DNA of 64,000 nt from Cyanobacteria bacterium auto_48_18. GTDB lineage: Bacteria; Cyanobacteriota; Vampirovibrionia; Obscuribacterales; Obscuribacteraceae. The stretch covers positions 32,001-96,000 of the forward strand of contig JAVHQC010000016.1 of assembly GCA_036170915.1 (NCBI GenBank), written 5' to 3'. Shown here piece by piece: positions 18,292-28,198 of this stretch. The position numbers were made by a program, and so were the translations under genes. Position 1 is the stretch's first letter, and the number at the start of each line of letters is the position of its first letter. Below the pieces are notes generated by a model that ran no database searches, was not told where the DNA came from, and worked only from the letters and a program-made list of their open reading frames with translations.

Positions 18292-19092
18292 ATGCCGGCT
18301 GAAAATGTAGATGAAAACCTGAAGCCCGAGAACCTGGCTCAAATTGTGCGTTTGAAGGCTCTGGCCGATTTGTGTTTCGGGCCGGTGGTTGTGGTCACAC
18401 GCCAGAAGCATCTTTCTTTCGTGGACCGCATTTCTGCCTTTCACGAAGCACAAAAATTGATGGCCGTTGATAAGGTTACTGCCTATGTGTTGCTGGAATA
18501 TTTAAATGCTTCTGTAGGCGCCAGTAAACTGCCGGTGGTGCTCGGCGATGGCAGCACTTTTGCTGACGACGGTGAAGCCATTAATTATATTGGCGAGCAA
18601 AAGCCGGCAATAGAGCGAGAGGCAGAGATTCTCACTGTAATTCAGAGTAAGCAAAAATCAGCTCGGTTGTATCAGTATGGTGTCTTGATTTTTCGCGGAA
18701 ATAGCGCTCCGAAGAATTTTACTGCCGGTAAAGCCTTTTGGACCAAACTGGCTGAGGCAGGGGATCTGGAAGCACAGTTTATAGTGGGTGATATTGCTTT
18801 TAACGATAAAGATTACGAACAGGCTTTTAAGTGGTTGGAGATGTCCGCTGGGCAGGGGCATATCGAGGCTACATTTGCTCTTGGACTTTGTTACCTTGAT
18901 GGGCTGGGTGTAGAGCAAAATCTCGAACGCGCGTCTGGTTGTGCCTTGCTGGCAGCTGAAAAAGGTCACGCCCATGCGCAATATACAATTGGAGTAAGTG
19001 AAAAAGATCCTGCCGAGAAGAAAAAGTGGCTGGCTAAAAGCGCAGCGCAAGGGTTCGCCCCAGCAATAAAGGCAATGGCCGAATTTAATTAG
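18292..19092 (+). CDS. Sel1-like repeat protein
   Basis: GGAG RBS before ATG 18292. AQF.VG...A.KW...SA.QG, A.F.LG.CY..G.GV and AAEKGH..AQY repeats. Confidence 0.8.
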   Translation: MPAENVDENLKPENLAQIVRLKALADLCFGPVVVVTRQKHLSFVDRISAFHEAQKLMAVDKVTAYVLLEYLNASVGASKLPVVLGDGSTFADDGEAINYIGEQKPAIEREAEILTVIQSKQKSARLYQYGVLIFRGNSAPKNFTAGKAFWTKLAEAGDLEAQFIVGDIAFNDKDYEQAFKWLEMSAGQGHIEATFALGLCYLDGLGVEQNLERASGCALLAAEKGHAHAQYTIGVSEKDPAEKKKWLAKSAAQGFAPAIKAMAEFN

Positions 19093-19119
19093 TCAATGGG
19101 TCTTTTTAATCTTTGCCAT

Positions 19120-19146
19120 TGAACTATTTTTGTTGTTTGAGCGTCT
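19120..19146 (+). promoter_or_regulatory. Putative ECF sigma promoter
   Basis: TGAACT-N16-CGTCT, about 60 bp upstream of the ATG at 19206. Confidence 0.45.
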
Positions 19147-19205
19147 GATCAAGAGGACTGGTAAGAACGTGCTCTTAAAAAGAACTTTCCTGCAAAGAGT
19201 ATTCA

Positions 19206-20288
19206 ATGACATATCGCCTGCGTATCTTCTTGCCCCTGGTCATAGCACCGATCTTAGGTGTCTGCTTGAGCGCTCAGGTATTTGGCCAGACTAATTCTCA
19301 GGCTAATTCCCAGACTAATTCTCAGGCTAATTCTCAAAGTCGCACTCGACTTGCTCGCCCCAGCGAAGCTAACTCATCAATACCGGTCCCGAATTTGCCT
19401 GTCCCTTCCAGTTTGCCTGTGGATGGCCGGCCTTTTAGTCTGGGTGTGCAAGAAAAACATCTCGGGCCAGCTATTCTAAATGGCACCATTAATGTTGCTC
19501 CTCCGCTTTCAGGGGCCTTGTCCACCGGTGGCGCCCTGAAGAACCAGAGCGGCATTTTTGACCAGGTGCCTTCGAACATGTTTTCAGCCAAAGACACTCG
19601 CACAGTTTTGCAGGGCAACGCCAATAGTCAAAAGCTCTCTGCCGGCGCCATGTCGGTACAGTTGCTTGCCAATTACGATCTTGAGCTGATTGTTGACGCT
19701 TCTTTGTCTATGCGTAGACGAGATTGTCCTGGTGGTCTATCGCGCTGGGAATGGTGCGGCAATCAAACTACAGATTTAGTGCGTCGCCTGACGCCTTTTG
19801 CGCCTAAGGGCTTGACCCTGACGTCTTTCGCCTCAGAGTTTCAGGTCTATCCAAATTCTTCCACTGCTGATATTGCCAATCTTTTCAATAATCCGGCCTT
19901 TATGTGGGGCACACATTTAGCTGAGCCCCTGGACGATCGGTTAAAGGCTTTCCTCGCCCGGCGTAAACCGGGGTCCAAACCGATGTTACTGGCGGTGATT
20001 ACCGATGGGGTGCCGGCTCCGCGTTACGAACCGCAGATGGTTGTCGATACTCTTGTGGCCACCACAAAACAGCTTCGCCACCCCAATGAGGTAACTGTAG
20101 TATTTTTTCAAATTGGGGCTTCAGAATACAGAGGGGCGCGTTTTTTAAACGAGCTTGATAATGGCCTGGTAAGCTATGGTGCCAAGTATGATATTGTGCG
20201 TACGTTCAGTTTCGATCAGCTGCAAAAATTGGGGCTGGCAAAAGCGTTAGTGCAGTCTATTCAAGATTTTACCGCCACCAGTAAGTAG
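19206..20288 (+). CDS. Exported VWA-like domain protein
   Basis: Signal peptide; MIDAS-like DASLS and ITDG motifs; N-terminal (T/A)NSQ tandem repeat. Confidence 0.75.
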   Translation: MTYRLRIFLPLVIAPILGVCLSAQVFGQTNSQANSQTNSQANSQSRTRLARPSEANSSIPVPNLPVPSSLPVDGRPFSLGVQEKHLGPAILNGTINVAPPLSGALSTGGALKNQSGIFDQVPSNMFSAKDTRTVLQGNANSQKLSAGAMSVQLLANYDLELIVDASLSMRRRDCPGGLSRWEWCGNQTTDLVRRLTPFAPKGLTLTSFASEFQVYPNSSTADIANLFNNPAFMWGTHLAEPLDDRLKAFLARRKPGSKPMLLAVITDGVPAPRYEPQMVVDTLVATTKQLRHPNEVTVVFFQIGASEYRGARFLNELDNGLVSYGAKYDIVRTFSFDQLQKLGLAKALVQSIQDFTATSK

Positions 20289-20361
20289 TTCAGATATGTT
20301 TTTGTGGCACAGTTGGCTGTTGGTCTATATCTAACGATATGTCCAAAATTGATATTGTCAT

Positions 20362-20387
20362 GGAACTTTGAGGCAACACCTGGCGTC
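20362..20387 (+). promoter_or_regulatory. Putative ECF sigma promoter
   Basis: GGAACT-N16-CGTC upstream of the ORF at 20546. Confidence 0.45.
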
Positions 20388-20545
20388 CCCGCTGCTAACA
20401 ATTTAATTTGATGTGTATTAATAAACGGTTTTTTGTAGGTTAACGCTCTTTTCTAGCGGTATAAGCTCAGTTATGATACCCTTGACGACTGCCTTGAGCC
20501 TGAACTGTCCTGGCGATGTCCTAGATCAATGTACTTAGACCACCG

Positions 20546-21508
20546 GTGACCATGAAATTTTCTCTCAAATTATTGCCATTCTGCTGCATTGCGGCTTTTG
20601 TCTGTTTGCCCGCAGTCTCTGCTGAGACTGTCAAAACTGATGGCGATCGATATGATTCAGATCTTTCTGTTCCAGACGCTGCTGCCGGTTCTACAGCAAC
20701 CACAAAAGTAAGCCAGAAAGCCAGTATTACAAAGAAAGTGGCGGCGGTGCTGCCCAAAGTAAAGAAAAAGTTTTACCTCAACCCTTTGAAAAGTTTTGCT
20801 CAAGATAGCAAGCTGATGTTCAGTCCTCTGCTGGAAGACGTCAGTCTGCCGCTCAAAGGCACTGAAAGCAACCTTAAGGCCTTGCAGGAGCCACTGCGCA
20901 ATCTCGAAAAGCCCTTACAAGAAGTGAGCGGTTCGGTGCACACTCTGAAGGCACCACTGGAAGATTTGAAGGCTCCGATGAACGACCTCAAGGCTCCCAT
21001 CGGTGAGTTGAAAGAGCCTATTGCTGAATTGAAGCATCCAATCAACAATTTAAACAAACCAATCACCCAACTGGCTCGTCCGATTCAAGATCTCAGTGCT
21101 CCTATTAACAAGTTGCAGCACACCATGACCGCCATTCCTCAGCCTCTAGAAAGGCTAGTGCAGCCACTGGACAGCTTGCGCAAACCGCTTGATGGCATTG
21201 CTTCTCCACTGAATAATTTGCAACCCAGTATCAAAAACCTAGCACCACCGGTTGCTGAGCTTTCCAATTCAGTCAGTAGCCTCAACCGTGAAGTGCGCTC
21301 TTTATCAGGCGAAATGAAACAGCTTCGTGAGGCTGTTTTTGACATTTGTATTTATGTTAGTTTGGCCATCGTTTTAGGTTGCAGTTTAATCGCCGGCACT
21401 TTAATGTGGTTTATTCGCCACTTTGCCCGCAGTTACGGATTATCACCGGCGAAAGCTTTGCGCTTTGTCGCCAATCTTGATGACGTTAAAAACGATCATC
21501 GCCGCTAA
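20546..21508 (+). CDS. Exported, C-terminally membrane-anchored protein with proline-containing heptad repeats
   Basis: Signal peptide, about 20 LxxPxxx-type heptads and a C-terminal TM helix (IYVSLAIVLGCSLIAGTLMWFI). Confidence 0.8.
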   Translation: MTMKFSLKLLPFCCIAAFVCLPAVSAETVKTDGDRYDSDLSVPDAAAGSTATTKVSQKASITKKVAAVLPKVKKKFYLNPLKSFAQDSKLMFSPLLEDVSLPLKGTESNLKALQEPLRNLEKPLQEVSGSVHTLKAPLEDLKAPMNDLKAPIGELKEPIAELKHPINNLNKPITQLARPIQDLSAPINKLQHTMTAIPQPLERLVQPLDSLRKPLDGIASPLNNLQPSIKNLAPPVAELSNSVSSLNREVRSLSGEMKQLREAVFDICIYVSLAIVLGCSLIAGTLMWFIRHFARSYGLSPAKALRFVANLDDVKNDHRR

Positions 21509-21518
21509 TTATCTGTGT

Positions 21519-22217
21519 CTACTGGCGCACATAAATTTCCAAATACTCTTTGTGATTGGCCTCCCAGCTGCCTGTGGTGGTAGTGGATTCTAATTTCCAC
21601 TGGCTGGCCATTTTTTGATAGAAGGCCGGCGTGGCACAACAAGTTTTGTCGCCGATGACAATAATTTTGTTTCCTTTATAGGCGCTCAGTGCGTCCATGG
21701 CCATAGGATTTCGCGGCGGCCAGATCATCAGCAGGGTATGCCCAGGATAATCAACTACCGACTGGCTGTCACCTTTGACGATTTTAGTGAAGCTGCTGCC
21801 TGAGGTGGTTGGCAGGCCGACTATGCTGGTGCTGAAGAACCAGTTTTTACCTTCCTCTACTGGGAATGCATCCATAGCAATTGTTTCTGCGCCCATTTGC
21901 TGCAATAACCAGGCGTTATAACCATTGCCGGCGCCTAGTTCAACGATAGGGGCATGGTCGGCGATTCGTTGCAAAATTTCTGGTGATAAAACTGAATAAG
22001 CATACTTCTCCCGCAGGGTGAGAAAGAAAATTTCTTCGATCAAGCGCGACGAATTGAAAGGGAGGCAGGAAAGCATTTTGATTTTGGTGCGTTTCCATTG
22101 ATTGAGGCCCGCTTCAACTTCAAGCCCTTCTACTGCTTTGAGACGCTCTGCGTTGCTCTTCAGTCTAAGGCTGACCAGCTGCGAATATAAATCCCAATAA
22201 GGGTGTTCAATTTTCAT
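21519..22217 (-). CDS. SAM-dependent methyltransferase-like protein
   Basis: IVELGAGNGY motif I, followed by LLMIWPP and IIVIGD. Confidence 0.6.
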   Translation of the reverse strand: MKIEHPYWDLYSQLVSLRLKSNAERLKAVEGLEVEAGLNQWKRTKIKMLSCLPFNSSRLIEEIFFLTLREKYAYSVLSPEILQRIADHAPIVELGAGNGYNAWLLQQMGAETIAMDAFPVEEGKNWFFSTSIVGLPTTSGSSFTKIVKGDSQSVVDYPGHTLLMIWPPRNPMAMDALSAYKGNKIIVIGDKTCCATPAFYQKMASQWKLESTTTTGSWEANHKEYLEIYVRQ

Positions 22218-22219
22218 GC

Positions 22220-23020
22220 TTACTTTTGTTTTACTGTGCCGCTAACTTTGCCTACTCCAACTTTAGGCGTGGGTAGACTGCCACCATTTAGCAATGCTTT
22301 GTGTTGAGTATTGAGCAATGAAAGTTCGGTTTTGAGAGCTTCAAATTCGCCAGCCAGATTGCGTTCTGCGTCTAAAATTTTACTGCGCTTAAGCAACTCA
22401 CCATCAGCGTGAGCGCTCTCCTGGCGGGCATTAGCCAGCCGACCTTCCGCATTTGAGAGATCTAGTTCTGCTCTGGCTAAACGTTCTTGATCGCCTCGCA
22501 GTTGATTAGAAAGTTTGCCATTTTCAGCTTCTGAAATTCTCATTCCCGGACATAAATGTGGTGGCGGTATTGGTGGCAGATGGTATTGGTCGACGTGCAT
22601 AGTATATTTTTTTGCGTGCTCTTGATATAAGCGCTCAGTTTCTTTGCAATGACCGAGGTCTCGTTCGACCTGGTCGAGATGCGCTTTGTAGCTGCCTACG
22701 TGATTTTTAAAAGCCTCCAGATCGACTTTGTACTGATCGATATTTCCGGCACTAATTTTAGAGAGTTTGTTGGCACCACCTGTGAGGCTACGAGCTTTAC
22801 GAATGGCGTCTTTCATATTCACAGTTGACTGCGAAGCATTCAATTGAAAATCTTTGCTTTCGGCAATCAGCTCACGGGCCGAATCAACGCGACCAGGCTG
22901 GGTGCATTGCTCATCTGGAATTGTGTGTTCTCGCGCCACCGCAACAGGTGCGCTGAGCACTAGTAAAGTGCAAGCGGCGAGTTGCTGCAAGCCGTCAAAC
23001 TTCTTCAACATTTTTGCCAT
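22220..23020 (-). CDS. Hypothetical exported coiled-coil protein
   Basis: Signal-peptide-like start from ATG 23020 and long heptad helices. The track ORF extends to 23146 but overlaps the upstream gene. Confidence 0.65.
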   Translation of the reverse strand: MAKMLKKFDGLQQLAACTLLVLSAPVAVAREHTIPDEQCTQPGRVDSARELIAESKDFQLNASQSTVNMKDAIRKARSLTGGANKLSKISAGNIDQYKVDLEAFKNHVGSYKAHLDQVERDLGHCKETERLYQEHAKKYTMHVDQYHLPPIPPPHLCPGMRISEAENGKLSNQLRGDQERLARAELDLSNAEGRLANARQESAHADGELLKRSKILDAERNLAGEFEALKTELSLLNTQHKALLNGGSLPTPKVGVGKVSGTVKQK

Positions 23021-23045
23021 CAATTTATTCCTGAATTTAAGAACT

Positions 23046-24305
23046 TTACTTGAGCTTATTGGCTTTGGCAGCCAGTTCGATAGCCGGATCTTCGGGTACT
23101 GGTGACTCGGTCCAGCTTGGCGTTTCGTTACCATAATAACGCACATAAAGGTTTGTGCCGAGCGCTCTTAGTTTTGCATTGCCTGGTCTGGTTGGTTGCA
23201 TCATCAAGCTCTTTAAGTTGGAGGCGCTCTGGGCCACAAAAGCAGCCTTGCGTGTGGCCTCGGCTCGCGCTCTTGTACCTTGCACAACGGCATCATTGCG
23301 CAAGTAGCTAGTGCGCAGACTTTCGAGATTACTCATTTCATTGTCGTTATAAAGTTGATAGCCGCGGCGTCTTAAGACTTGCACTTGTGAGTGGCTGTCT
23401 TGAGCCAGTCGACGCAATTGAATGTTTGCTAAATCAGTGCGCCAGCGCGACCAGGTTTGACCCTCGGTGGCATAACGGTTACCAAGATCGTTTGATTGTT
23501 TGTTGATTAGCTTGAGGGTGCGTTCCACCACTATTGGTGTGTCTTGTGGTTGCGTGCGTCTGTAACCTTCGTCAGCAGCCATACCCATCAGGCGTGCTTT
23601 GCCATAGCGGCCGTACTGCCCAAAGGGATCTACTTCGAAACCGGCTCTGTAAGCTTCTTTAGCTCCTTCGTAATCTTTAAGCTTAATCAACACGTCGCCG
23701 AGATAGGCATAAGCGGGCGAGTAACGCGGGTTCATGTTGATTACTTTGAGGAGACCGTCTGCAGCAGCATGATAGCGCTTCAACTTGATGTCTTGAGCAG
23801 CAATGGCATAGGTCTGGTTAAAGGTGAGTTTTTTTGCTTTGCCTTGCTTCTTCGGCACGGGCAAAGACAATGGAGGTAATTTTGCCAGGTCTGTCTTTTT
23901 TTGATTGCCTGATTTGGCCAGGGCTTGTTCAATCTTGTGCAAACGCAAAGGAGCATGATCACTTGAAACCTGGCCAAATATCAGATTCTCCAGCCGTCTC
24001 AATCGTTTTTCTACCGGCTCTTGAGCGTAACTGTGGCCAAAATACCGGGCCTCCAGTTCAATCAGACGAGCGTTCATAAGATCTTGCGCAGGGACCTTCG
24101 AAGGATCTTTCGTAGGATCTTTCGTAGGATCTTTTAGTTCTGCAGCAGTAGTTTCAGCTTTCGCGGTGTCAATTTTGGCGGCCTCAGCCTGTAAAACCTC
24201 TGGCGTTGCCAGGCTAACGGCCGTTTGCGCCCAGGCATGGTCGCCGGCCGCGAACGACAGGAAAATTGCAGCCAGGAGAACAAATATGAAAGTGCAGTTC
24301 TTCAT
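23046..24305 (-). CDS. Exported TPR-containing protein
   Basis: Signal peptide; TPR segment NPRYSPAYAYLGDVL......EGAKEAY....VDP; KDP(T/S) tandem repeat. Confidence 0.75.
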   Translation of the reverse strand: MKNCTFIFVLLAAIFLSFAAGDHAWAQTAVSLATPEVLQAEAAKIDTAKAETTAAELKDPTKDPTKDPSKVPAQDLMNARLIELEARYFGHSYAQEPVEKRLRRLENLIFGQVSSDHAPLRLHKIEQALAKSGNQKKTDLAKLPPLSLPVPKKQGKAKKLTFNQTYAIAAQDIKLKRYHAAADGLLKVINMNPRYSPAYAYLGDVLIKLKDYEGAKEAYRAGFEVDPFGQYGRYGKARLMGMAADEGYRRTQPQDTPIVVERTLKLINKQSNDLGNRYATEGQTWSRWRTDLANIQLRRLAQDSHSQVQVLRRRGYQLYNDNEMSNLESLRTSYLRNDAVVQGTRARAEATRKAAFVAQSASNLKSLMMQPTRPGNAKLRALGTNLYVRYYGNETPSWTESPVPEDPAIELAAKANKLK

Positions 24306-24389
24306 TTATAAAGCTTCTGGAAAGCTCTATTATACATACCTTGTCAAGTGCCTCAGCGATGGCTGGTATTGTGTATCGCGCCCTGCGCG

Positions 24390-26506
24390 TTATTCGAGCT
24401 TGAACCAGTCGGCAGGTGATTCATTGCCGAATTTTGCCATAGTGGCCTTAGGGCTGATGTCTCGATTAACTTTCAATTTGTGGTCGCGAAAGTGATTTTG
24501 CAATTTTTTTACTGCCGCATCGCTCACCTGACAGCTGTTTAAGTCAATGAAGCGCAGGTGCGGCAAATCGTAAAGATAGGTCAGAGTCTTGTCGTTAGCG
24601 TCAGAGGCTCCAAAGTCGATATGCTCCAGATTTTTAAAAGTTGAGAGCACGGCGGCACCGCTATCTCCCAGTGGTGACTCGCAACCAGCAAGGTAAAGAC
24701 GATCTAACTTGGTCGAACCCTCTAAGGCTTTAAGTAACGGCTCAAGACCCTTATTGCCGCAGAAAGATAAGTTGGTCAGATTTTTCAGATATTTGAATTT
24801 ACTCAGTCCCGCACCGGTAACTCTGGTGTAATTGAAATTGAGTACCTGCAAATTGGGTAACTGATTCAAATACTCAACGTCATTGTCGCTAAAATCGGTT
24901 TGTTGAAAATTGAGTCTTTTCAAACCTTTTAGACGTACCAGATATGGCAGGTCTTCATGCATATTGCTTTTTTCCATTCTTGATGGACTACTCACCGAGG
25001 TAAGATCGTCAGCGGCGAATGAATTAAAAATTTGCGGCCTGGCAATGACATAGTCACTAGGAAAATAGTGCACAGGTTTCCCAGCCTTGAAAATTACCTT
25101 TCCTCGGGCAGGCTGGTAACTTTCTACTGCATAATCGTCGCTGATTCTGCCCAGGTCGACGTTGGTAGGAAAATCAAATTCTATTCTGTCACTGTAACGT
25201 GTAGAAAATTTGGGAAAAAGCAATTCGGCTTTAACGGGGTCGCCTGCCACTACACCTGGTGCAAACTCCTTAGGTTTTAAGGGCGTTGTGCGAACGCTGG
25301 TGGCCTTATCTTTTTGCAGCATAGCTACGTAGCAAATTGCGGCAGTTGCAGCCAGAAGAAATAGTGTGGCCACAATTGCCATGATTTTGGTTGGAAACCT
25401 TTGAGGCAGCCTGGCTTTGGCACCGGTTTCATTTTCGTCCTGATAGTCTGAGTTATCGTCTAGATTATCCTCGTCATTATCGTCGTCATTGAGATCGCGC
25501 TCAAAAAGATCACGATTTTGAAAAAATTGCACGTCTTCGCCACGGAGCACTCACTTTGCAAATCTTCTGCCAGTGCTTCTAAGGTTTGATAGCGGTCTAT
25601 GGGGTCTTTAGCGAGCAAATTGAGCAGGACATTTTCCATTGACTGCGGAAATTCTTTGCCCGAGACACTGCTCAAGCTTGGAACATCATTTTCTCTATGC
25701 ATCAGCATAGTCAAAAGCGGATTAGCCCCACGAAAAGGAGGTTTGCCCGTTAGAGTTTCAAAAAGCGTGCAACCCACTGAATAAATGTCAGAGCGCGCGT
25801 CGATAGCCTTGCCCTCACATTGTTCCGGGCTCATATAAAAGGGGCTGCCAAAGACTTCACCAACGCTCGTAAGATTTTGATTGTTGGGATCACTGGCACC
25901 AGCCAGTTTGGCAATGCCGAAATCCACCAGTTTGACGGTTGCGCCTGATACGTCTGGCTGGTCCAAAATGATAATGTTGCCCGGTTTAATATCGCGGTGA
26001 ATAATGCCCTTTTTGTGCGCAAAGTCCAGGCCGGCACAAATTTGAAAAAATACAGGAATTGTTTGAGCTAGATTGAGCGACCCTCTGGTTTTTAGGATAT
26101 CGGCGAGATTTCGCCCCTGTAGCAAATCCATCACGTAGTATGGCAATTTGCCCTGGTGAATACCCAGATTGTGAATAGCGACAATATTGGCGTGGTTAAT
26201 GCGGGCTATTGCCTGCGCTTCAACCTGCAGGCGCCGCCATGCCATCTCTGTGACGGCGTTACTGTTAATGGTTTTCATGGCATAGATTTTTTGCAAAATG
26301 CGGTGGCGGGCACTGTACACGCAGCCCATGCCACCAACGCCAAGCAATTCGATGATTTCATAATTGTCGCCGACTATGTCGCCGGCCACTAACCGTCCGT
26401 CAGAGAGAAATGGTCGAGCAGCCCCTAGCTGCCCCGCTGGTCCTCCAGTGGCGCGAGTGGTGTCTTGCCCGTCGTCAGAAAAATTTGGCTCGACTTCTCT
26501 AGTCAT
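24390..26506 (-). pseudogene. Ser/Thr protein kinase-TM-leucine-rich-repeat protein split by a frameshift near 25520-25555
   Basis: 26506-25460 holds a full Hanks kinase (GVGGMG, AMK, HRDIKPGN, DFG, SPE). 25550-24390 holds an acidic linker, TM helix and LRRs, in an overlapping different frame. Confidence 0.7.
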
Positions 26507-26589
26507 TTAAGTTTCTGACCTAGTTCTTCTTTCGGGTTCCAGCCTATTCAGGCTACTTTCCGGACTATGAGGTTACTCCGGTCTCTATG

Positions 26590-27738
26590 TTATTCCCTGT
26601 AGGTTTCAATTTTGGCAATTTCATTTTTGAGAATCTGGCAATTAAACCGCGCCGAGCTTAGTAAAACCTCAACCTCCTGCCACTTTTCCGCCTTGATTGA
26701 GCGTTTTAAATTGCTTAACTGCACTTGTAATTGTTCGGTGGTAGCAGCAGCCGTGCGCGAATCAGGATGATGTTTGGCAAGAAGATCTGCCATCTCTACA
26801 AGATTTTCGCGCAAAGAAGGATTTTCTGAAATTGAAAAATCCATATTTTGCAGGCTTGAGTTTGAATTGTCTAAATCTTTGGTAGCAAACTCTTTGTATT
26901 TGAAAAGTGAAGTGGCTTCGATTTTGCCCAGGCGCAAAGATTTATCTAACTCTTCATTGTCGCCTTCGAGATAGGCATTAAGAGCGTCATGCAAGCTATC
27001 TTCCAGCGATGAGAGATGTGCGCGTGCTTCTTTTATCTGTTGCAGGGAAGGAATGGCAGAGAATATCCCCGCGGTTGATTGCCAGGCAAACTGATTCAAT
27101 GCGCGCATAGATTTACTCAAAGATTTTTTTGGATAGAGCTCATCACCAGTTAGTTGCCCATAGATAAATTGTGCCCAAACCAGCCCACACTCAGCGGTTT
27201 TCTCTGCCATCTGCGCTTGACCGTGAGATTCATTATCTTCTTCAGAGCGGCCATATTGTTCAATGGCGTCTTGCAATAATTGCACTACTTGAGACAATCT
27301 GTGAGTCAGTGCTTTGTTTAAAGTTATGCCTTTATATTCGACAATGAGCTTGATGCGACAAATCGCATCTGTAAGCATGCTAATTAACTCTTCGCTGCTG
27401 TCATCGAAATCGGGTGCGGGGGCCGTCATTTGTCCAAGATCTACTTTGCCTGAGTGCAGATGGTTGAGAGCTAGATCGAGGTGCAGCAAACCGCGCACGG
27501 CGTGCTCGCTGGCTTCATCATAATAGTCGTTGTTCAGTGCAGTTTTGGCTTTGTGATAGGCGCGTTTGGCTTTGTCGAACCGTTGTTGAAAGAGCTCATT
27601 GTGCACACTGGCATCAGTAGCGTCAATGCTGGTAAATTCGGCAATGCTGATGGAAAGCTTTGATAGAAGCTGCTCAGCCACTTGCACAGACGCTTTTTTG
27701 CGATTTTTATTTTTGCCGTCATAATCAAATAGATTCAT
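26590..27738 (-). CDS. Hypothetical all-helical protein
   Basis: 382-aa ORF with a GAGGAG RBS. Confidence 0.75.
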   Translation of the reverse strand: MNLFDYDGKNKNRKKASVQVAEQLLSKLSISIAEFTSIDATDASVHNELFQQRFDKAKRAYHKAKTALNNDYYDEASEHAVRGLLHLDLALNHLHSGKVDLGQMTAPAPDFDDSSEELISMLTDAICRIKLIVEYKGITLNKALTHRLSQVVQLLQDAIEQYGRSEEDNESHGQAQMAEKTAECGLVWAQFIYGQLTGDELYPKKSLSKSMRALNQFAWQSTAGIFSAIPSLQQIKEARAHLSSLEDSLHDALNAYLEGDNEELDKSLRLGKIEATSLFKYKEFATKDLDNSNSSLQNMDFSISENPSLRENLVEMADLLAKHHPDSRTAAATTEQLQVQLSNLKRSIKAEKWQEVEVLLSSARFNCQILKNEIAKIETYRE

Positions 27739-27741
27739 TGG

Positions 27742-28188
27742 CTAGCTCTCCTCTGCGGCTTGAGAAGCGCTTGCATCTTGCGCTTCAACCATAGCCTGAT
27801 AACTATCGAGGCGACGCTGCAATCGGTTTAAAATTTCACTGAGACGTTTTTTTGTTTGTTCCGGAGATGGAATTAATTCCAAAAACTGACCACGGCCAAG
27901 CAGATGTTCAGTGGCTTCGGCCGCGAGAATATCTTGGGCAAATTTAGCGTAAAACCAGGCCACATTGAGCAGTCTTTCTGCCTGCCAAATTTGCTCTTGA
28001 GCCAATACTTTTATTGATTCTGTCAGGGCTGAATTAGCGTTAGCAATCGACCTTTTCACCACTTCGCTCGAATGATAATCGGCCTCGCGATGCGCCGTTT
28101 GTATGAGAAAAACATACTGCTCGAGTACAGCGGTTCGCTGTATCAACTGTTTCACCTCTTTACTTTTTTTAGTCATTTTCCACAACAT
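27742..28188 (-). CDS. Hypothetical helical protein
   Basis: 148-aa ORF starting 10 bp after the cstA stop, same strand. Confidence 0.65.
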   Translation of the reverse strand: MLWKMTKKSKEVKQLIQRTAVLEQYVFLIQTAHREADYHSSEVVKRSIANANSALTESIKVLAQEQIWQAERLLNVAWFYAKFAQDILAAEATEHLLGRGQFLELIPSPEQTKKRLSEILNRLQRRLDSYQAMVEAQDASASQAAEES

Positions 28189-28198
28189 TCAAAAATAA

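Noticed and set aside
27736..27744. In-frame TAG-CCA-ATG junction between two hypothetical ORFs (amber readthrough or nonsense split)
   Set aside because: The downstream ATG has its own strong GAGGAG RBS, and there is no evidence of pyrrolysine machinery.
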